A DNA stretch of 64,000 bases from an uncultured delta proteobacterium (GTDB lineage Bacteria > Desulfobacterota > Desulfobacteria > Desulfobacterales > UBA2156). Under the pieces are notes generated by a model. The model was given only the letters and a program-made list of their open reading frames with translations, was not told the DNA's origin and made no database searches. A program made the position numbers and the translations under genes. This document shows, piece after piece, positions 39,052 to 49,080 of the stretch (its first letter is position 1; every line of letters starts with the position of its first letter). The DNA lies in contig CAVTQK010000021.1 of NCBI GenBank assembly GCA_963736855.1, positions 608,001 through 672,000 on the forward strand. The letters are read 5' to 3'.

Positions 39052-40614
39052 CTATCTAAAAAAGACCACGGTGACAATCAGAAAGACAGGGATCAGAAAG
39101 ACCAGGCTGTATTTGAGAATATAGCCGAAAAAGGAGGGCATGGGAGTCCCGGCTTCTTCGGCAATGGAGCGTACCATGAAGTTGGGGGCGTTTCCGATGT
39201 AACTGACGGATCCGAAGAAAACGGATCCGGCGGAAATGGCAGCCAGATAAATACTTCTTTCAGTCATCAGCAAGGGAACCGCTTCAACTTCCGGCATACC
39301 GGTGTAAAAGCTGCCGATGGCGGTATTGAAGAACGTCAGATATGTCGGCGCATTATCCAAAAAACTGGAGAGTGCTCCGGACACCCAGAAATAATGATAC
39401 GGTTTCTGAACGGAATCGATCAAAGCCGCCAGAGCGCCCGTTGAACCCGCCTTCAGGATTGAGAGACAAGGGATCATGGTGATGAAAATCCCGATGAAAA
39501 GATAAGCGACTTCGATGATTGGAGCCCACGAAAAATCGTTGTCCTCCCGGACACGGATGGAAGTGGTCATCAGGGAAAGGACCCCCATGAGGATGAGAAG
39601 GCCATCCCTCACCCAATCCTGAACAGCCCGATGGATTCCAAGAGTGCTGATCTCCCCCCAGTCCACGATTCCACTAAACAAGACGGCGCCGATGATTCCC
39701 AGGAGGAAGAGGAAGTTGTGGTAACCTTCCAAACGGAGAGGTTCTTTCTCTTCAACAGAAACTGTGGCGGTTAAGTGCTCTTTTCGATAAAAATACATGT
39801 CCAGGATAAAATAGGCCGTCAGCAGCAATACAGACGCCAACAACATTTGCGGAAAGATCTTAAGGGTCCAGAAAAAACTGACGCCGTGGAGGAAACCCAA
39901 GAAAAGTGGCGGATCACCCAAAGGAGTCAGTGAACCCCCGACGTTGGCAACCAGGAAAATAAAAAAGACGACCATGAACGTCCGATTCTTTCGGTGTTTG
40001 TTGGCCTTGAGAAAGGGTCGGATCAGCAGCATGGCCGCCCCTGTCGTCCCCATCCAGGAGGCAAGCAAAGTCCCGATCGCGAGTATGACGGTATTGACCA
40101 CAGGTGTTCCCCGAAGGGATCCCCTGAGCAAGATTCCTCCGGAAACGGTAAACAGGGACCACAGCAGGATGATGAAAGGGATGTAATCGGCTAAAATGAT
40201 ATGCAAAATCTCGTGTAGCGCCACACCCTTGAAGGCAATCACAAAGGGAAGCCCTAGACATACCGCCCAGAAGGCGGAGACCTTCCCGAAATGGTGATGC
40301 CAGAATTCGGGCAACAGCAGCGGAAAGAGAGCGATAGAAAGAAGCATGCCGATAAAGGGGATGCAACTCCAGATGGGCAACACTTCACCCAAATTGACAT
40401 GACCGGATTGGGCATGTATCTTTTCATTTACTGGGGAATGATTGTCTTCCACCGCCTGCAGATGTGTCGCATCCCGTTGGGCAATCGGTGCCGTTTCCGA
40501 TGCCGTTGTCTCGTGTACCAACTCCATTTTCGACGCAGAAGCCGTGAAGGAGACCAGAAAAATATCCAAAAGGATCAACACGGCGGCAAGACATGACGCT
40601 CTCATCGGACCCAT
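39052..40614 (-). CDS. Putative sodium:proton antiporter / ion-transporter superfamily protein
   Basis: GTTGAAMLLIRP, NVGGSLTPLGDPPLFLG, SSFLDNAPTY and YIGNAPNFMV. True start may be 40605. Confidence 0.85.
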   Translation of the reverse strand: MGPMRASCLAAVLILLDIFLVSFTASASKMELVHETTASETAPIAQRDATHLQAVEDNHSPVNEKIHAQSGHVNLGEVLPIWSCIPFIGMLLSIALFPLLLPEFWHHHFGKVSAFWAVCLGLPFVIAFKGVALHEILHIILADYIPFIILLWSLFTVSGGILLRGSLRGTPVVNTVILAIGTLLASWMGTTGAAMLLIRPFLKANKHRKNRTFMVVFFIFLVANVGGSLTPLGDPPLFLGFLHGVSFFWTLKIFPQMLLASVLLLTAYFILDMYFYRKEHLTATVSVEEKEPLRLEGYHNFLFLLGIIGAVLFSGIVDWGEISTLGIHRAVQDWVRDGLLILMGVLSLMTTSIRVREDNDFSWAPIIEVAYLFIGIFITMIPCLSILKAGSTGALAALIDSVQKPYHYFWVSGALSSFLDNAPTYLTFFNTAIGSFYTGMPEVEAVPLLMTERSIYLAAISAGSVFFGSVSYIGNAPNFMVRSIAEEAGTPMPSFFGYILKYSLVFLIPVFLIVTVVFFR

Positions 40615-40864
40615 CCTCCCTTTTCTCTATTCTGATGCATCCAATACCTATATTTGACTTAGATTCAGGAGATGCTATTTACCCTGCTATTGTAAAAGCA
40701 AATGCCTTGTTATCATTATTTTTTTCTATACCTTGTCATGTTTTTATGCAGCCGCCGTGTTTAATAAATGAGAAATGAGTGTCAACCTAAAAGAGCCGGG
40801 AGATAATGCCGGACGGCTCCTCGGGGACCGTCATTTAGACCGATTTGTAAAACGAGAATCGGAG

Positions 40865-41167
40865 CTATCGACCTATGGCATAAGGGGGGTCATCAATGTG
40901 CGTCGACCGACACAGTGGGCAATGGCCGGGTTTTCCAAAGTGCTTTCGATCCCTGAATAGAAATCCGCAATCCATGCATCGGAAGGGATAGGCAGTCAAT
41001 CGTTTCCCCTTGGACTTCATCGTTCTTGAAATATGGGAAAGATGGTCGGCCAAATCCCTATTGCTGATTCGGAGTTGCTTGGCAAGTTCCCGAAATCCTA
41101 CCGTTCCTTCTTCCAACAGCAAAATGATTTTTTGTCGGACCGTCACCGCTGAAAAGACCTTCTCCAT
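40865..41167 (-). CDS. Small HTH regulator with Zn-ribbon (COG3357-like)
   Basis: TVRQKI..HTH..HLSHI..C..CGF.F..P.HCP.C.S. Confidence 0.8.
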   Translation of the reverse strand: MEKVFSAVTVRQKIILLLEEGTVGFRELAKQLRISNRDLADHLSHISRTMKSKGKRLTAYPFRCMDCGFLFRDRKHFGKPGHCPLCRSTHIDDPPYAIGR

Positions 41168-41222
41168 CCCATCGGATCGTCATGAAAATCAAATCTTACT
41201 CTATCAGGAATCGCGGAACTGC

Positions 41223-41459
41223 CTATTTCCGTTGAGAGGCTTCTTTCAACAACAGTTTGAATCCCTTCAGAGTCCCTTTCCAGCCTGCTTCTTCACCCAA
41301 CATCACCGCAACAATGACATCCTTTTCCACACTGATCTCCAAAACGATCTCTTCATTTTGAACTTTAAAAACCGCCTCGCCCCATCGCTGGGCAGGCAAT
41401 CCCGTCACCTCACAGTCTAAATCGGTCCGCAGTTCTCCGGTCATCCGGATATCGTCCAT
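41223..41459 (-). CDS. Hypothetical protein
   Basis: 78 aa with GGAGG RBS, in operon-like order. Confidence 0.7.
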   Translation of the reverse strand: MDDIRMTGELRTDLDCEVTGLPAQRWGEAVFKVQNEEIVLEISVEKDVIVAVMLGEEAGWKGTLKGFKLLLKEASQRK

Positions 41460-41497
41460 TTTTTGCCTCCGCTATTGACACATTGGATTTGCCGGTT

Positions 41498-42424
41498 TCA
41501 GGGAACCATCCACACCACACGATCCACTGTATTCTTGATGATATGATTCGACACGCTCCCCATATAAAAAGATCGTCCTGTCCCTCGCCTCCCGATAACG
41601 ACTGTTCCGTAATCCTGTTCCTTGGCTGTATCCAGAATCGTTTTACCCACGGCCAATTTTCGATCCACTTCCATGTGTGTGATTCGTTTTTCATCCACAT
41701 GATGATCCTTTAGTCTGCGACGTACCTGCCCGTAAAAGCCCTCAAGACACATACGATTCCCCTTTTTCACTATTCGTTCCGTGGACTCCACGTCGTCACC
41801 GAAATCCACAACACAATAATCTCCCAGCGTCGGCCGAACATGAAAGAGGGTAATTCCTACGGAAGGGTTCCCGCCGACCATGAAAAGAACATGATCCAAC
41901 GCTTTCAACGCCGAAACCGAACCATCCACCGCTACCATGAATCGGGTATTGAAAGATTTCCCGGAAACGATCCAAACGGGGATGGGAGAATGTTCCACAA
42001 GCTTGGAGGAAACGCTTCCCATCACCCACTTCTGCAATCCCGAAATGCCTCTCCTCCCCATAATGATGGCATCATATTGGCCTGCCAATCCCTTGTCGAT
42101 GATGTCTTTAGCCAACCCGGTTATCTTTTGGGACGTATAAGTTTCAACCCTCTCGATGGGGAAATCCGAATGTGCCAACACATCCTTACACCGATCAAGG
42201 ACCCTGACAGCCTCCTGTTGATTTTTCTCGATTACCTTTTCAAGGGCCTTTTTCGCTTTCAGGTTTTTCCTTGCCTCCTCCGCCAAGAAGTCCGAAACCG
42301 TTGGCTGGACATGATAAAGTGTTATTGACAGATCCGGTATTACCTCGAACATGGTCCTCAGATATGAAAGACACGTCCGGGTATGCATCGAATCATCTAC
42401 AGCCACTAAAACTTTGTGTTCCAT
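41498..42424 (-). CDS. Universal stress protein (tandem USP domains)
   Basis: VLVAVDDS, MGRRG..MGSVS, VAVDGS and GRRG..MGSVS. Confidence 0.9.
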   Translation of the reverse strand: MEHKVLVAVDDSMHTRTCLSYLRTMFEVIPDLSITLYHVQPTVSDFLAEEARKNLKAKKALEKVIEKNQQEAVRVLDRCKDVLAHSDFPIERVETYTSQKITGLAKDIIDKGLAGQYDAIIMGRRGISGLQKWVMGSVSSKLVEHSPIPVWIVSGKSFNTRFMVAVDGSVSALKALDHVLFMVGGNPSVGITLFHVRPTLGDYCVVDFGDDVESTERIVKKGNRMCLEGFYGQVRRRLKDHHVDEKRITHMEVDRKLAVGKTILDTAKEQDYGTVVIGRRGTGRSFYMGSVSNHIIKNTVDRVVWMVP

Positions 42425-42633
42425 TTTCGAATTCCTTTCACATTTTTCCGACATCCTTGTGATGGTCCCTACCCCCAATCAATGGTAACCTAAATTGATC
42501 GTTTTCAATTTGGCAAAAAAGAATTGTGTTTGAATATCCTTTTGTTGGAACGGAGTTGACCCTTCCAATTGCCTACCTATCGGCTGTACCATAAAAGGCA
42601 TGCAGTGAAATGATTTGCCAAATTGAAAACCCC

Positions 42634-42745
42634 TTGGGATTTCCGATTTCACCGCATCTGCTGCGTTGCCGAAAGCTCGACGTACGAATTGTACGCCTTC
42701 GCTTCCGGACGCCTTGCATCTGCGGCAAATTCGAAAATCGCTCAA
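42634..42745 (-). repeat. Palindromic repeat sharing a conserved core with the 1393 element
   Basis: Minus strand reads GATGCAAGGCG..AGGCGTAC AATT CGTACGTCGA..CAACGCAG inside a long outer stem. Confidence 0.7.
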
Positions 42746-42876
42746 TTTAAGTGTTACTCGTCTTTGGAACTGAATTCCGGCCTCAAAGTCCAGCTCTCAT
42801 TGACACGGTTTTTTTTTTAACATATTACACGATCATTTTTGTGCCAATCAACCCTTTTCCGAAAAGGAGACACCCT

Positions 42877-43578
42877 ATGAATCCGACGAAATTCCTGAAA
42901 TGCCTTTTGATCGTGCTTTTTCTGGGGGTTGCTGTCATTTCTCCCGCATGCGCCGATCTTTATTGGGAATCACTTCAAAAAAGCGAGGGGCTCCCCGGCA
43001 CCCCTGACGGTACCCAGACCGTGAAAAACTTTATGACGGCCAACGCCACGCGGTATGAGGCTAGAGACAACATCACCATCGTCGATCTGAATAAGATGAA
43101 AATGTACAACCTGGACCCGAAGGCCAAAACCTACAACGAAGTTGATCTGTCCAAGATGGGACAGGTCCCGGAAATGGAAGGAGAGGCTGGAAAGCAGTTT
43201 ATGGGGATGGTCAAGGGGCTCATGGGCAGCATCAAAGTAACCCCCACGAAAGAAACCCGAACGATTTCCGGGTATGCCTGCACAAAAAATATCGTCAGCT
43301 TCATGGGGACCCAGTCCGAAAACTGGGTGACCCGGGATATCAAGGGATTGGATGAAATGATGGGCTATGGGAAACGATTCTCGGAAGTCATGAACCAGAA
43401 TCCCATGATGCGGCAAATGAACGTTTCCGCCATGATCCAGGATCTCAAAGGGTTCCCTGTAGAAACCACCGTGAATATGATGAATGGGAAAATGACGACC
43501 ACCCTTCAAAAATTCGAACAAAAAAATCTAAGTGCGGAACTCTTCAAGGTTCCGCCGGGCTATAAGAAAACCGAGTAA
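42877..43578 (+). CDS. Exported DUF4412-like protein
   Basis: Signal peptide, T.ETRTISGY.C and LFKVP.GY. AAGGAG RBS. Upstream TTGACA-17-TATTAC. Confidence 0.75.
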   Translation: MNPTKFLKCLLIVLFLGVAVISPACADLYWESLQKSEGLPGTPDGTQTVKNFMTANATRYEARDNITIVDLNKMKMYNLDPKAKTYNEVDLSKMGQVPEMEGEAGKQFMGMVKGLMGSIKVTPTKETRTISGYACTKNIVSFMGTQSENWVTRDIKGLDEMMGYGKRFSEVMNQNPMMRQMNVSAMIQDLKGFPVETTVNMMNGKMTTTLQKFEQKNLSAELFKVPPGYKKTE

Positions 43579-43715
43579 TTTTGTCAAAAACCACCCCGGT
43601 AAGCGAATTCCGCATCCCCCTAGCGATATCGAAGGCCGAAACACCCGCTGGCTGGGGGGGGGATTTTTGAATCACCACCAAAATCGCATCCAAGCAACAT
43701 GACAACGGAGGAAAG

Positions 43716-44471
43716 ATGAAAACAAGAGTTCTGGCAACCCTTTGCATCTGGATCTGGCTTGTCGCCCCTGCCTGGGCCATGTTCGAAGTGGAGGGATTTT
43801 TCTGGTTTATGAAACCAGAGGGGGAAGCATCCGTGGGGATCGATGGCCTTCAAGGAACAAAGGCAGACCTTGAGACGGATTTCGGTTATGATGATACGGA
43901 AAACGTTCCGGGGCTTCGGTTCATCGTCGGAAATACTCATCAGTTCGGATTTTCGGGTTTTCAGGTGGACGCTTCGGCGGAAAACACCATCGACCGGACG
44001 ATCTTTTTTATGGACAAGGAATTCCGTTTCAATGAACGAGTCTCGACCTCTTTTGAGGTCACGGTGCTCCAGGCCTTTTATCGATTCAACATGGGTCCGG
44101 AAATCTTTCATGGAGGGCTCATCGCCGGCGGGGAATACATTTCCGCTGAAACCGCCGCTTCATCCCCACGCCTGGGGCAGGCAAAGGCCGACCTGGAAAC
44201 AGGTATGTTTCTTCTCGGAGCCTTTGCCGAAACCAACCCCCTGCCGTTTCTGAGACTCAAGGCCGCATTGATGGGCGGCACTTTCGATGTCAGTGATGTT
44301 GAGGCGCGCTATTTGGATTTTGAATTCTCCGCTATGGCCAAAATCCCGCCGGGCTTTCACCTAGGTGCCGGGTATCGTTACATCGACATCGATGCGGAGG
44401 ATACCCAGTTCCCTCTGGAGATCAATCTCGCCTTTAAGGGTCCCTTTATCTTCGTGGGTTTTGAATGGTAG
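43716..44471 (+). CDS. Outer-membrane beta-barrel protein
   Basis: Signal peptide (AWA), amphipathic strands, AGYRY and C-terminal GP..FVGFEW. Confidence 0.75.
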   Translation: MKTRVLATLCIWIWLVAPAWAMFEVEGFFWFMKPEGEASVGIDGLQGTKADLETDFGYDDTENVPGLRFIVGNTHQFGFSGFQVDASAENTIDRTIFFMDKEFRFNERVSTSFEVTVLQAFYRFNMGPEIFHGGLIAGGEYISAETAASSPRLGQAKADLETGMFLLGAFAETNPLPFLRLKAALMGGTFDVSDVEARYLDFEFSAMAKIPPGFHLGAGYRYIDIDAEDTQFPLEINLAFKGPFIFVGFEW

Positions 44472-44493
44472 AAGCCGCGCTGGAAATTTGAAA

Positions 44494-45648
44494 TCAGACG
44501 CCGGCCTGCTCCTTTGGCCGCTGCAGATAGTCGGATACATCGCGCACTTTTTCCGGGTATCCGGCTATGTAGCTTTCCGTCATCTGGTAGGCCTTGTCAT
44601 CAGGGAACTGTTTCGGGGGGTGCTTGCAGAAATAGGCGGAAGGACCCTCAAGGACGCCTCCTTTTCCCCTCTTGAGAGCCAGCTTAATGCATCGGATGGC
44701 ATCGATGGCTACCCCGGCCGAGTTGGGCGAGTCCTCCACGGAAAGCCGAAGCTCGAGTTCCATGGGCACATCCCCGAAAAGCTTGCCCTCCATACGAATA
44801 AAGCAAACTTTGTTGTCTTTCTGCCAGGGGACATAGTCGCTGGGTCCGATGTGGATGTTTTCATCTCTCAGCCGGCTGGATGCCACGGATTGAACCGCCT
44901 CGGTTTTTGACTCCTTTTTGGATGCGAGCCGTTGCCGATTGAGCATATTTAAAAAATCCGTGTTTCCACCCGTATTGAGCTGATAGGTACGCTCCAGTTT
45001 GACACCCCTTTTTCGAAAAAGATCCGTAAGGACCCGATGGGTGATGGTGGCACCCAGCTGCGATTTGATATCGTCCCCGATGATGGGAATCCTTTTCTCT
45101 TCAAACCGCTTTATCCATTTCGGATCGCTGGCAATAAACACCGGAATATTATTAATAAAAGCTACATTGGCCTCCAGAGCGCACTCTGCATAAAATTCGG
45201 TCGCCTTTTGCGATCCGACGGGCATGTAGTTGAGAAAAACATCGACCTTGGCGGCTTTCAGGGTGGCAATGATATCCTCCCGGTCCGGCTCCGGGGTATC
45301 GGCTATAACGAAACGGGCATCTTCGTCATATTCTTTCATATGCTCAGATACGCCATCCAGGACCCGGCCCATCTGAACCATGACACCCGATTCGGGGAGG
45401 TGATCGCAAAATATCCGGGTACAATTCGGTTTGGTAAAAATGGCCTGGTTGACTTCTTTATCCATCTTCCGCTGGTCGATATCAAAAGCAGCGACTACTT
45501 CAATGTCCGAGGGTTTGTAGCCTCCGATATCCCAGTGCATGAGACCGATAGCATCGTGAGGATTCTTGTCCCGGTAATAATAAATCCCTTGAATCAAAGC
45601 GCTCGCACAGTTTCCTATCCCCGCAATGGCAACTCTGATTCTATCCAT
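44494..45648 (-). CDS. ino1: myo-inositol-1(3)-phosphate synthase
   Basis: GIGNCAS, PVGS, IGDDIKSQLGAT, QLNTGGNTDFLNM and EDSPNSAG. Confidence 0.95.
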   Translation of the reverse strand: MDRIRVAIAGIGNCASALIQGIYYYRDKNPHDAIGLMHWDIGGYKPSDIEVVAAFDIDQRKMDKEVNQAIFTKPNCTRIFCDHLPESGVMVQMGRVLDGVSEHMKEYDEDARFVIADTPEPDREDIIATLKAAKVDVFLNYMPVGSQKATEFYAECALEANVAFINNIPVFIASDPKWIKRFEEKRIPIIGDDIKSQLGATITHRVLTDLFRKRGVKLERTYQLNTGGNTDFLNMLNRQRLASKKESKTEAVQSVASSRLRDENIHIGPSDYVPWQKDNKVCFIRMEGKLFGDVPMELELRLSVEDSPNSAGVAIDAIRCIKLALKRGKGGVLEGPSAYFCKHPPKQFPDDKAYQMTESYIAGYPEKVRDVSDYLQRPKEQAGV

Positions 45649-46013
45649 CTTGTCACGCCTCCGTTTTATCTGCTCTTTTCATATTCTTTCACGCTAGATT
45701 TTTATATTCAAATTTCAACCAAAACTCAACATAAATCGGTTTTTACAAGGTCACAGCATGGGGTCTTCAGGCAAACCCAACGGATGGCCATTTTCTTTTT
45801 GGCGACGAAATCAGTCTCCAAAACATTCTGATTTACGCCTGGTATTTCTTGAAAGGCTCAACTCCTTCGGTTCATTTGCCATTTTCCGCGGGGTGTGATG
45901 TAATGCAAATTTAGAACCAGCCGGAATATCAGCGGCTTGCAGACCGAAATCGGATTAGACACTGTCCGTGCGAATCCTTTAGCAGTGCCAATGAAACCTT
46001 TTATAGAGAAAAT

Positions 46014-46709
46014 ATGCCGTTTGCAGTTCGAAACATCACCGTGAAGTTTCCGGGTGCCACCCGATTAGTCATTAACGATTTATCGTTTGATCTGCCCGTC
46101 CCCGGATTTCACGCCCTGTTCGGTCCCTCGGGAGCCGGCAAAACGACGATGGCCCGAGTGATTACCGGTGACCTGCGGCCCTTGTCCGGCGGAATCCATG
46201 CGGGAGGCCTGTCTATCTTTTTATATACCTATAACCTGGAGCGGCTGCCGGACTGGTCCACGGTGGGCAGCCATCTTGATAAAGTGACTCCACCAGGCCG
46301 TGAAGGTCTCCGAGAGGACCTTATCCGTATTTTCAGGCTGGAGGAATGCATTCTGAAACGTTTTTCCCTCCTGTCTCTGGGCCAGCAAAACCGCGTCAAC
46401 TTGCTGCGCTACCTTCTTCAGGATTTCGATCTGCTCATCATGGATGAAAGCCTGGGTAACGTGGATGAACCGACCCGGGAAAAAATCCTCTTTCAGATCA
46501 AAGAGATGTTCCCGACGTCCTATTTTATTTACATCTCCCATAATGTTGTGGAAGTTGCCCGATTTTGCCGATGCGTCGTGGTGCTCAGAGGGGGCAATCG
46601 CTCACCTCAATCCTATACGATCCTGGGCCAGGATGCCCGGGCAGGGATTCAACCGGATCCCCAAAAACTGGAAAGGACCATGCTCGAGATCGTCAATGCT
46701 TCTTCATAG
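46014..46709 (+). CDS. ABC transporter ATPase (nitrate/sulfonate/thiamine-precursor type)
   Basis: GPSGAGKT, LSLGQQNR, LLIMDE and ISHN. Confidence 0.8.
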   Translation: MPFAVRNITVKFPGATRLVINDLSFDLPVPGFHALFGPSGAGKTTMARVITGDLRPLSGGIHAGGLSIFLYTYNLERLPDWSTVGSHLDKVTPPGREGLREDLIRIFRLEECILKRFSLLSLGQQNRVNLLRYLLQDFDLLIMDESLGNVDEPTREKILFQIKEMFPTSYFIYISHNVVEVARFCRCVVVLRGGNRSPQSYTILGQDARAGIQPDPQKLERTMLEIVNASS

Positions 46710-47451
46710 GCGCATTTATCAATTTTTCATCATCTATTGCCTGGCTGTGGGTGCATTATTGCTCCTTAAATATACCCTTGCCCTATCGGATTACGTCATC
46801 CCCGGCCCTCGGACCCTGTGGCTGACTGCCATGGAAACTGTCGGGCAGTATTTCAAGGACGTCATGGATACCCTCTTAGTGGCGGTGATCGGCCAATTTA
46901 TTTCAATCGTGTTGGCTTTGGTTCTGGGTATTTTCGGCAGGAGTTCGACCTGGTTCGGATCCTTCATCAAAGCAGCCGCATACAACATCCAGGCGTATCC
47001 CATCGTAGCCATTGCACCCATTATCTTCATTCTGCTGGGTGACGGTCTGATTTCCCGCCTCCTGATCGCCGCCATGATTTGTTACTTTCCCCTACTGCTC
47101 TCAGTCATCGGCATCATGTCCGAACCGGTCGTCGACGTCGAACACTTCTATCGGGTCACTCGTCGCATGCGCTGGCAGTTGGAGGTGAAAATCCGTGCCT
47201 TTGAGAACCTCAGTCAACTGACCACGGTGATCGCCGGGAGCGCGACCCTGGCCATGGCGGGAACCATTGTTGCCGAGTTTATCGTGGCCGACGCCGGAAT
47301 CGGATACGCCATCCGGATCGCCCTTTTTCAAAGCGATCTTCCTAAAATTCTGGTTGCTCTCTTTTTAATCGGGATGACGCTGTCGATTTATCAGGGCATC
47401 CTGGAAGTCGCTGGGTTCCTCATTAAAAGCGCCTGGATCCAAAAGAAATAA
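46696..47451 (+). CDS. ABC permease (SsuC/ThiX-like)
   Basis: QAYPIVAIAP and IVAEF..AGIG. Confidence 0.82.
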   Translation: MLLHRRIYQFFIIYCLAVGALLLLKYTLALSDYVIPGPRTLWLTAMETVGQYFKDVMDTLLVAVIGQFISIVLALVLGIFGRSSTWFGSFIKAAAYNIQAYPIVAIAPIIFILLGDGLISRLLIAAMICYFPLLLSVIGIMSEPVVDVEHFYRVTRRMRWQLEVKIRAFENLSQLTTVIAGSATLAMAGTIVAEFIVADAGIGYAIRIALFQSDLPKILVALFLIGMTLSIYQGILEVAGFLIKSAWIQKK

Positions 47452-47462
47452 AGGAATCCATT

Positions 47463-48473
47463 ATGAAATATGCATCGAATCCAAACCCATCTCTCCTTCA
47501 TGGATATATTTTTTTAGCAGCTTTGTTGCTGATAATGTTGCCGGCTGAAGAACTCCATGCTGCTGAGCGCGTGAATTACCGTTTGAAATGGATCTTCAAT
47601 GCAAGTGTTTTGGGAGACATTTACGCTGACGCTTTCGGCTTTTTTGCCGAACAGGGACTGTCGGTGGATGTCAAGGCCGGAGGACCGGAGCGGGATGCCA
47701 TCATGGAGCTCGAGCTTGGCCGAACGGAGTTCGGTGTCGCCTCAGCCGATCAGGTTATTCGGGCGCTATCCAAGGGAGCCCGCCTGGTGGTAGTGGCTCA
47801 ACTTTTTCAAATCAATCCGATGCAGTGGATGTACCGGTCGGATCAGATGCACATCCAAACTCTTAAGGATCTAAAAGGACACAGACTGGGAGTTACTTTT
47901 GGAGGAAACGATGAGGCGATCCTGCGCACCCTTTTGGCCAAAGGCGGTCTCACCGAAAATGATTTTACGCTGTTCAGCGTACGAAATGATTTTACACCTT
48001 TTTTGATAAAAAAAGTTCATTTTTGGCCTGTCTATCGAAACACGCAGGCTGTTTTTTTGGAAACCAAGTTAAAGGATGCCGGGGAGCGCATTTCGTTTTT
48101 CGATCCCGCGGCATTTGGGGTTAAATTTGTCGCCAATTCGGTCATCACCTCCAGAGACATCCTTGAAAAACGTCCTGAACTGGTGCGCCGTTTCATGCGG
48201 GGTCTTATCAAAGGGTGGCAAGCTGCCCTCGAGATGAAAAACCGGGACAAGGCCCTCGAGATCCTGCAACGTTACGAAAAGGGGACTCCGTCAGCAATTC
48301 TCAAAAAACAAATCGAACTCACCCGGAGCCTGGTCCATCCCGATCCTGGGGTCCCCATCGGCACCATCGACGTGGCGGCCTGGCAGCAAACCGAAACCAT
48401 CATGAGCCTTCAGAATCAGATCAGCGCCCCTGTCGAAGTCGAGCGCGCCATCGTACAGATTCTCCCCGATTGA
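47463..48473 (+). CDS. NMT1/THI5-like ABC substrate-binding protein
   Basis: LKW..NA, GFFAEQGL.V..GG and PELVRRF. Confidence 0.82.
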   Translation: MKYASNPNPSLLHGYIFLAALLLIMLPAEELHAAERVNYRLKWIFNASVLGDIYADAFGFFAEQGLSVDVKAGGPERDAIMELELGRTEFGVASADQVIRALSKGARLVVVAQLFQINPMQWMYRSDQMHIQTLKDLKGHRLGVTFGGNDEAILRTLLAKGGLTENDFTLFSVRNDFTPFLIKKVHFWPVYRNTQAVFLETKLKDAGERISFFDPAAFGVKFVANSVITSRDILEKRPELVRRFMRGLIKGWQAALEMKNRDKALEILQRYEKGTPSAILKKQIELTRSLVHPDPGVPIGTIDVAAWQQTETIMSLQNQISAPVEVERAIVQILPD

Positions 48474-48565
48474 TGCCGGATGCGATGGGCACCGTCATGT
48501 ATCTTTAAGAGCAGACGGCACCTGTTCCCAGGTGAATCTTTGGACGCTCTCACTATCTTATTTCT

Positions 48566-48724
48566 TCAATCTTCGGGCTTTGCAGCCGAATCCTCTCCAT
48601 CATCCGAATCTTTTTCCGACGATGGTTCGTCTTTGTTGAACTTGCGTTGTCTTTTCAGCTCTTTTTTCTTTTTCCTGGCCAACTCTTTCTGTCTTTTTTG
48701 AAACTGATAGTTCGATCTGGCCAC
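48566..48724 (-). CDS. 52-aa basic/acidic small protein (not in ORF track)
   Basis: AAGGAGGTGA RBS and GTG start. MARSNYQFQKRQKELARKKKKELKRQRKFNKDEPSSEKDSDDGEDSAAKPED. Confidence 0.8.
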   Translation of the reverse strand: MARSNYQFQKRQKELARKKKKELKRQRKFNKDEPSSEKDSDDGEDSAAKPED

Positions 48725-48829
48725 GTCTTCACCTCCTTAGAATGTATTTTAATCTTAAAGAACCCTTTTGACCCTATCGCTCGAGATAAAAATCCGGTCA
48801 GCATGTTTTAAGAAAACACGATAAAAACA

Positions 48830-48862
48830 AAAGGGCGTCCCAAAGATTAGGGATGCCCTTTC
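48830..48862 (-). terminator. Intrinsic terminator after cspA
   Basis: AAAGGGCGTCCC..GGGATGCCCTTT hairpin with a U-rich tail on the minus strand. Confidence 0.75.
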
Positions 48863-48879
48863 GATTTCGGTACCCTACG

Positions 48880-49080
48880 CTAAATCACCTTGACATTCAC
48901 GGCAGCGGGGCCTTTGGGTCCTTTTTCAATTTCGAACGTAACCTGGTCGCCCTCATTGAGAGATTTGAATCCGGTCCCATCGATGGCCGAATGATGAACA
49001 AAAACATCCGGCCCGTCTTCCTGTTTAATGAAACCGTACCCTTTTGAATTGCTGAACCATTTCACGGTTCCGTTGGGCAT
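48880..49080 (-). CDS. cspA: Cold-shock protein
   Basis: GTVKWF, KGYGFI (RNP1) and DVFVHHS (RNP2). Confidence 0.96.
   Translation of the reverse strand: MPNGTVKWFSNSKGYGFIKQEDGPDVFVHHSAIDGTGFKSLNEGDQVTFEIEKGPKGPAAVNVKVI

Noticed and set aside
45650..46013. TPP or other riboswitch before the NMT1-type transporter
   Set aside because: No CUGAGA or other recognisable aptamer core.
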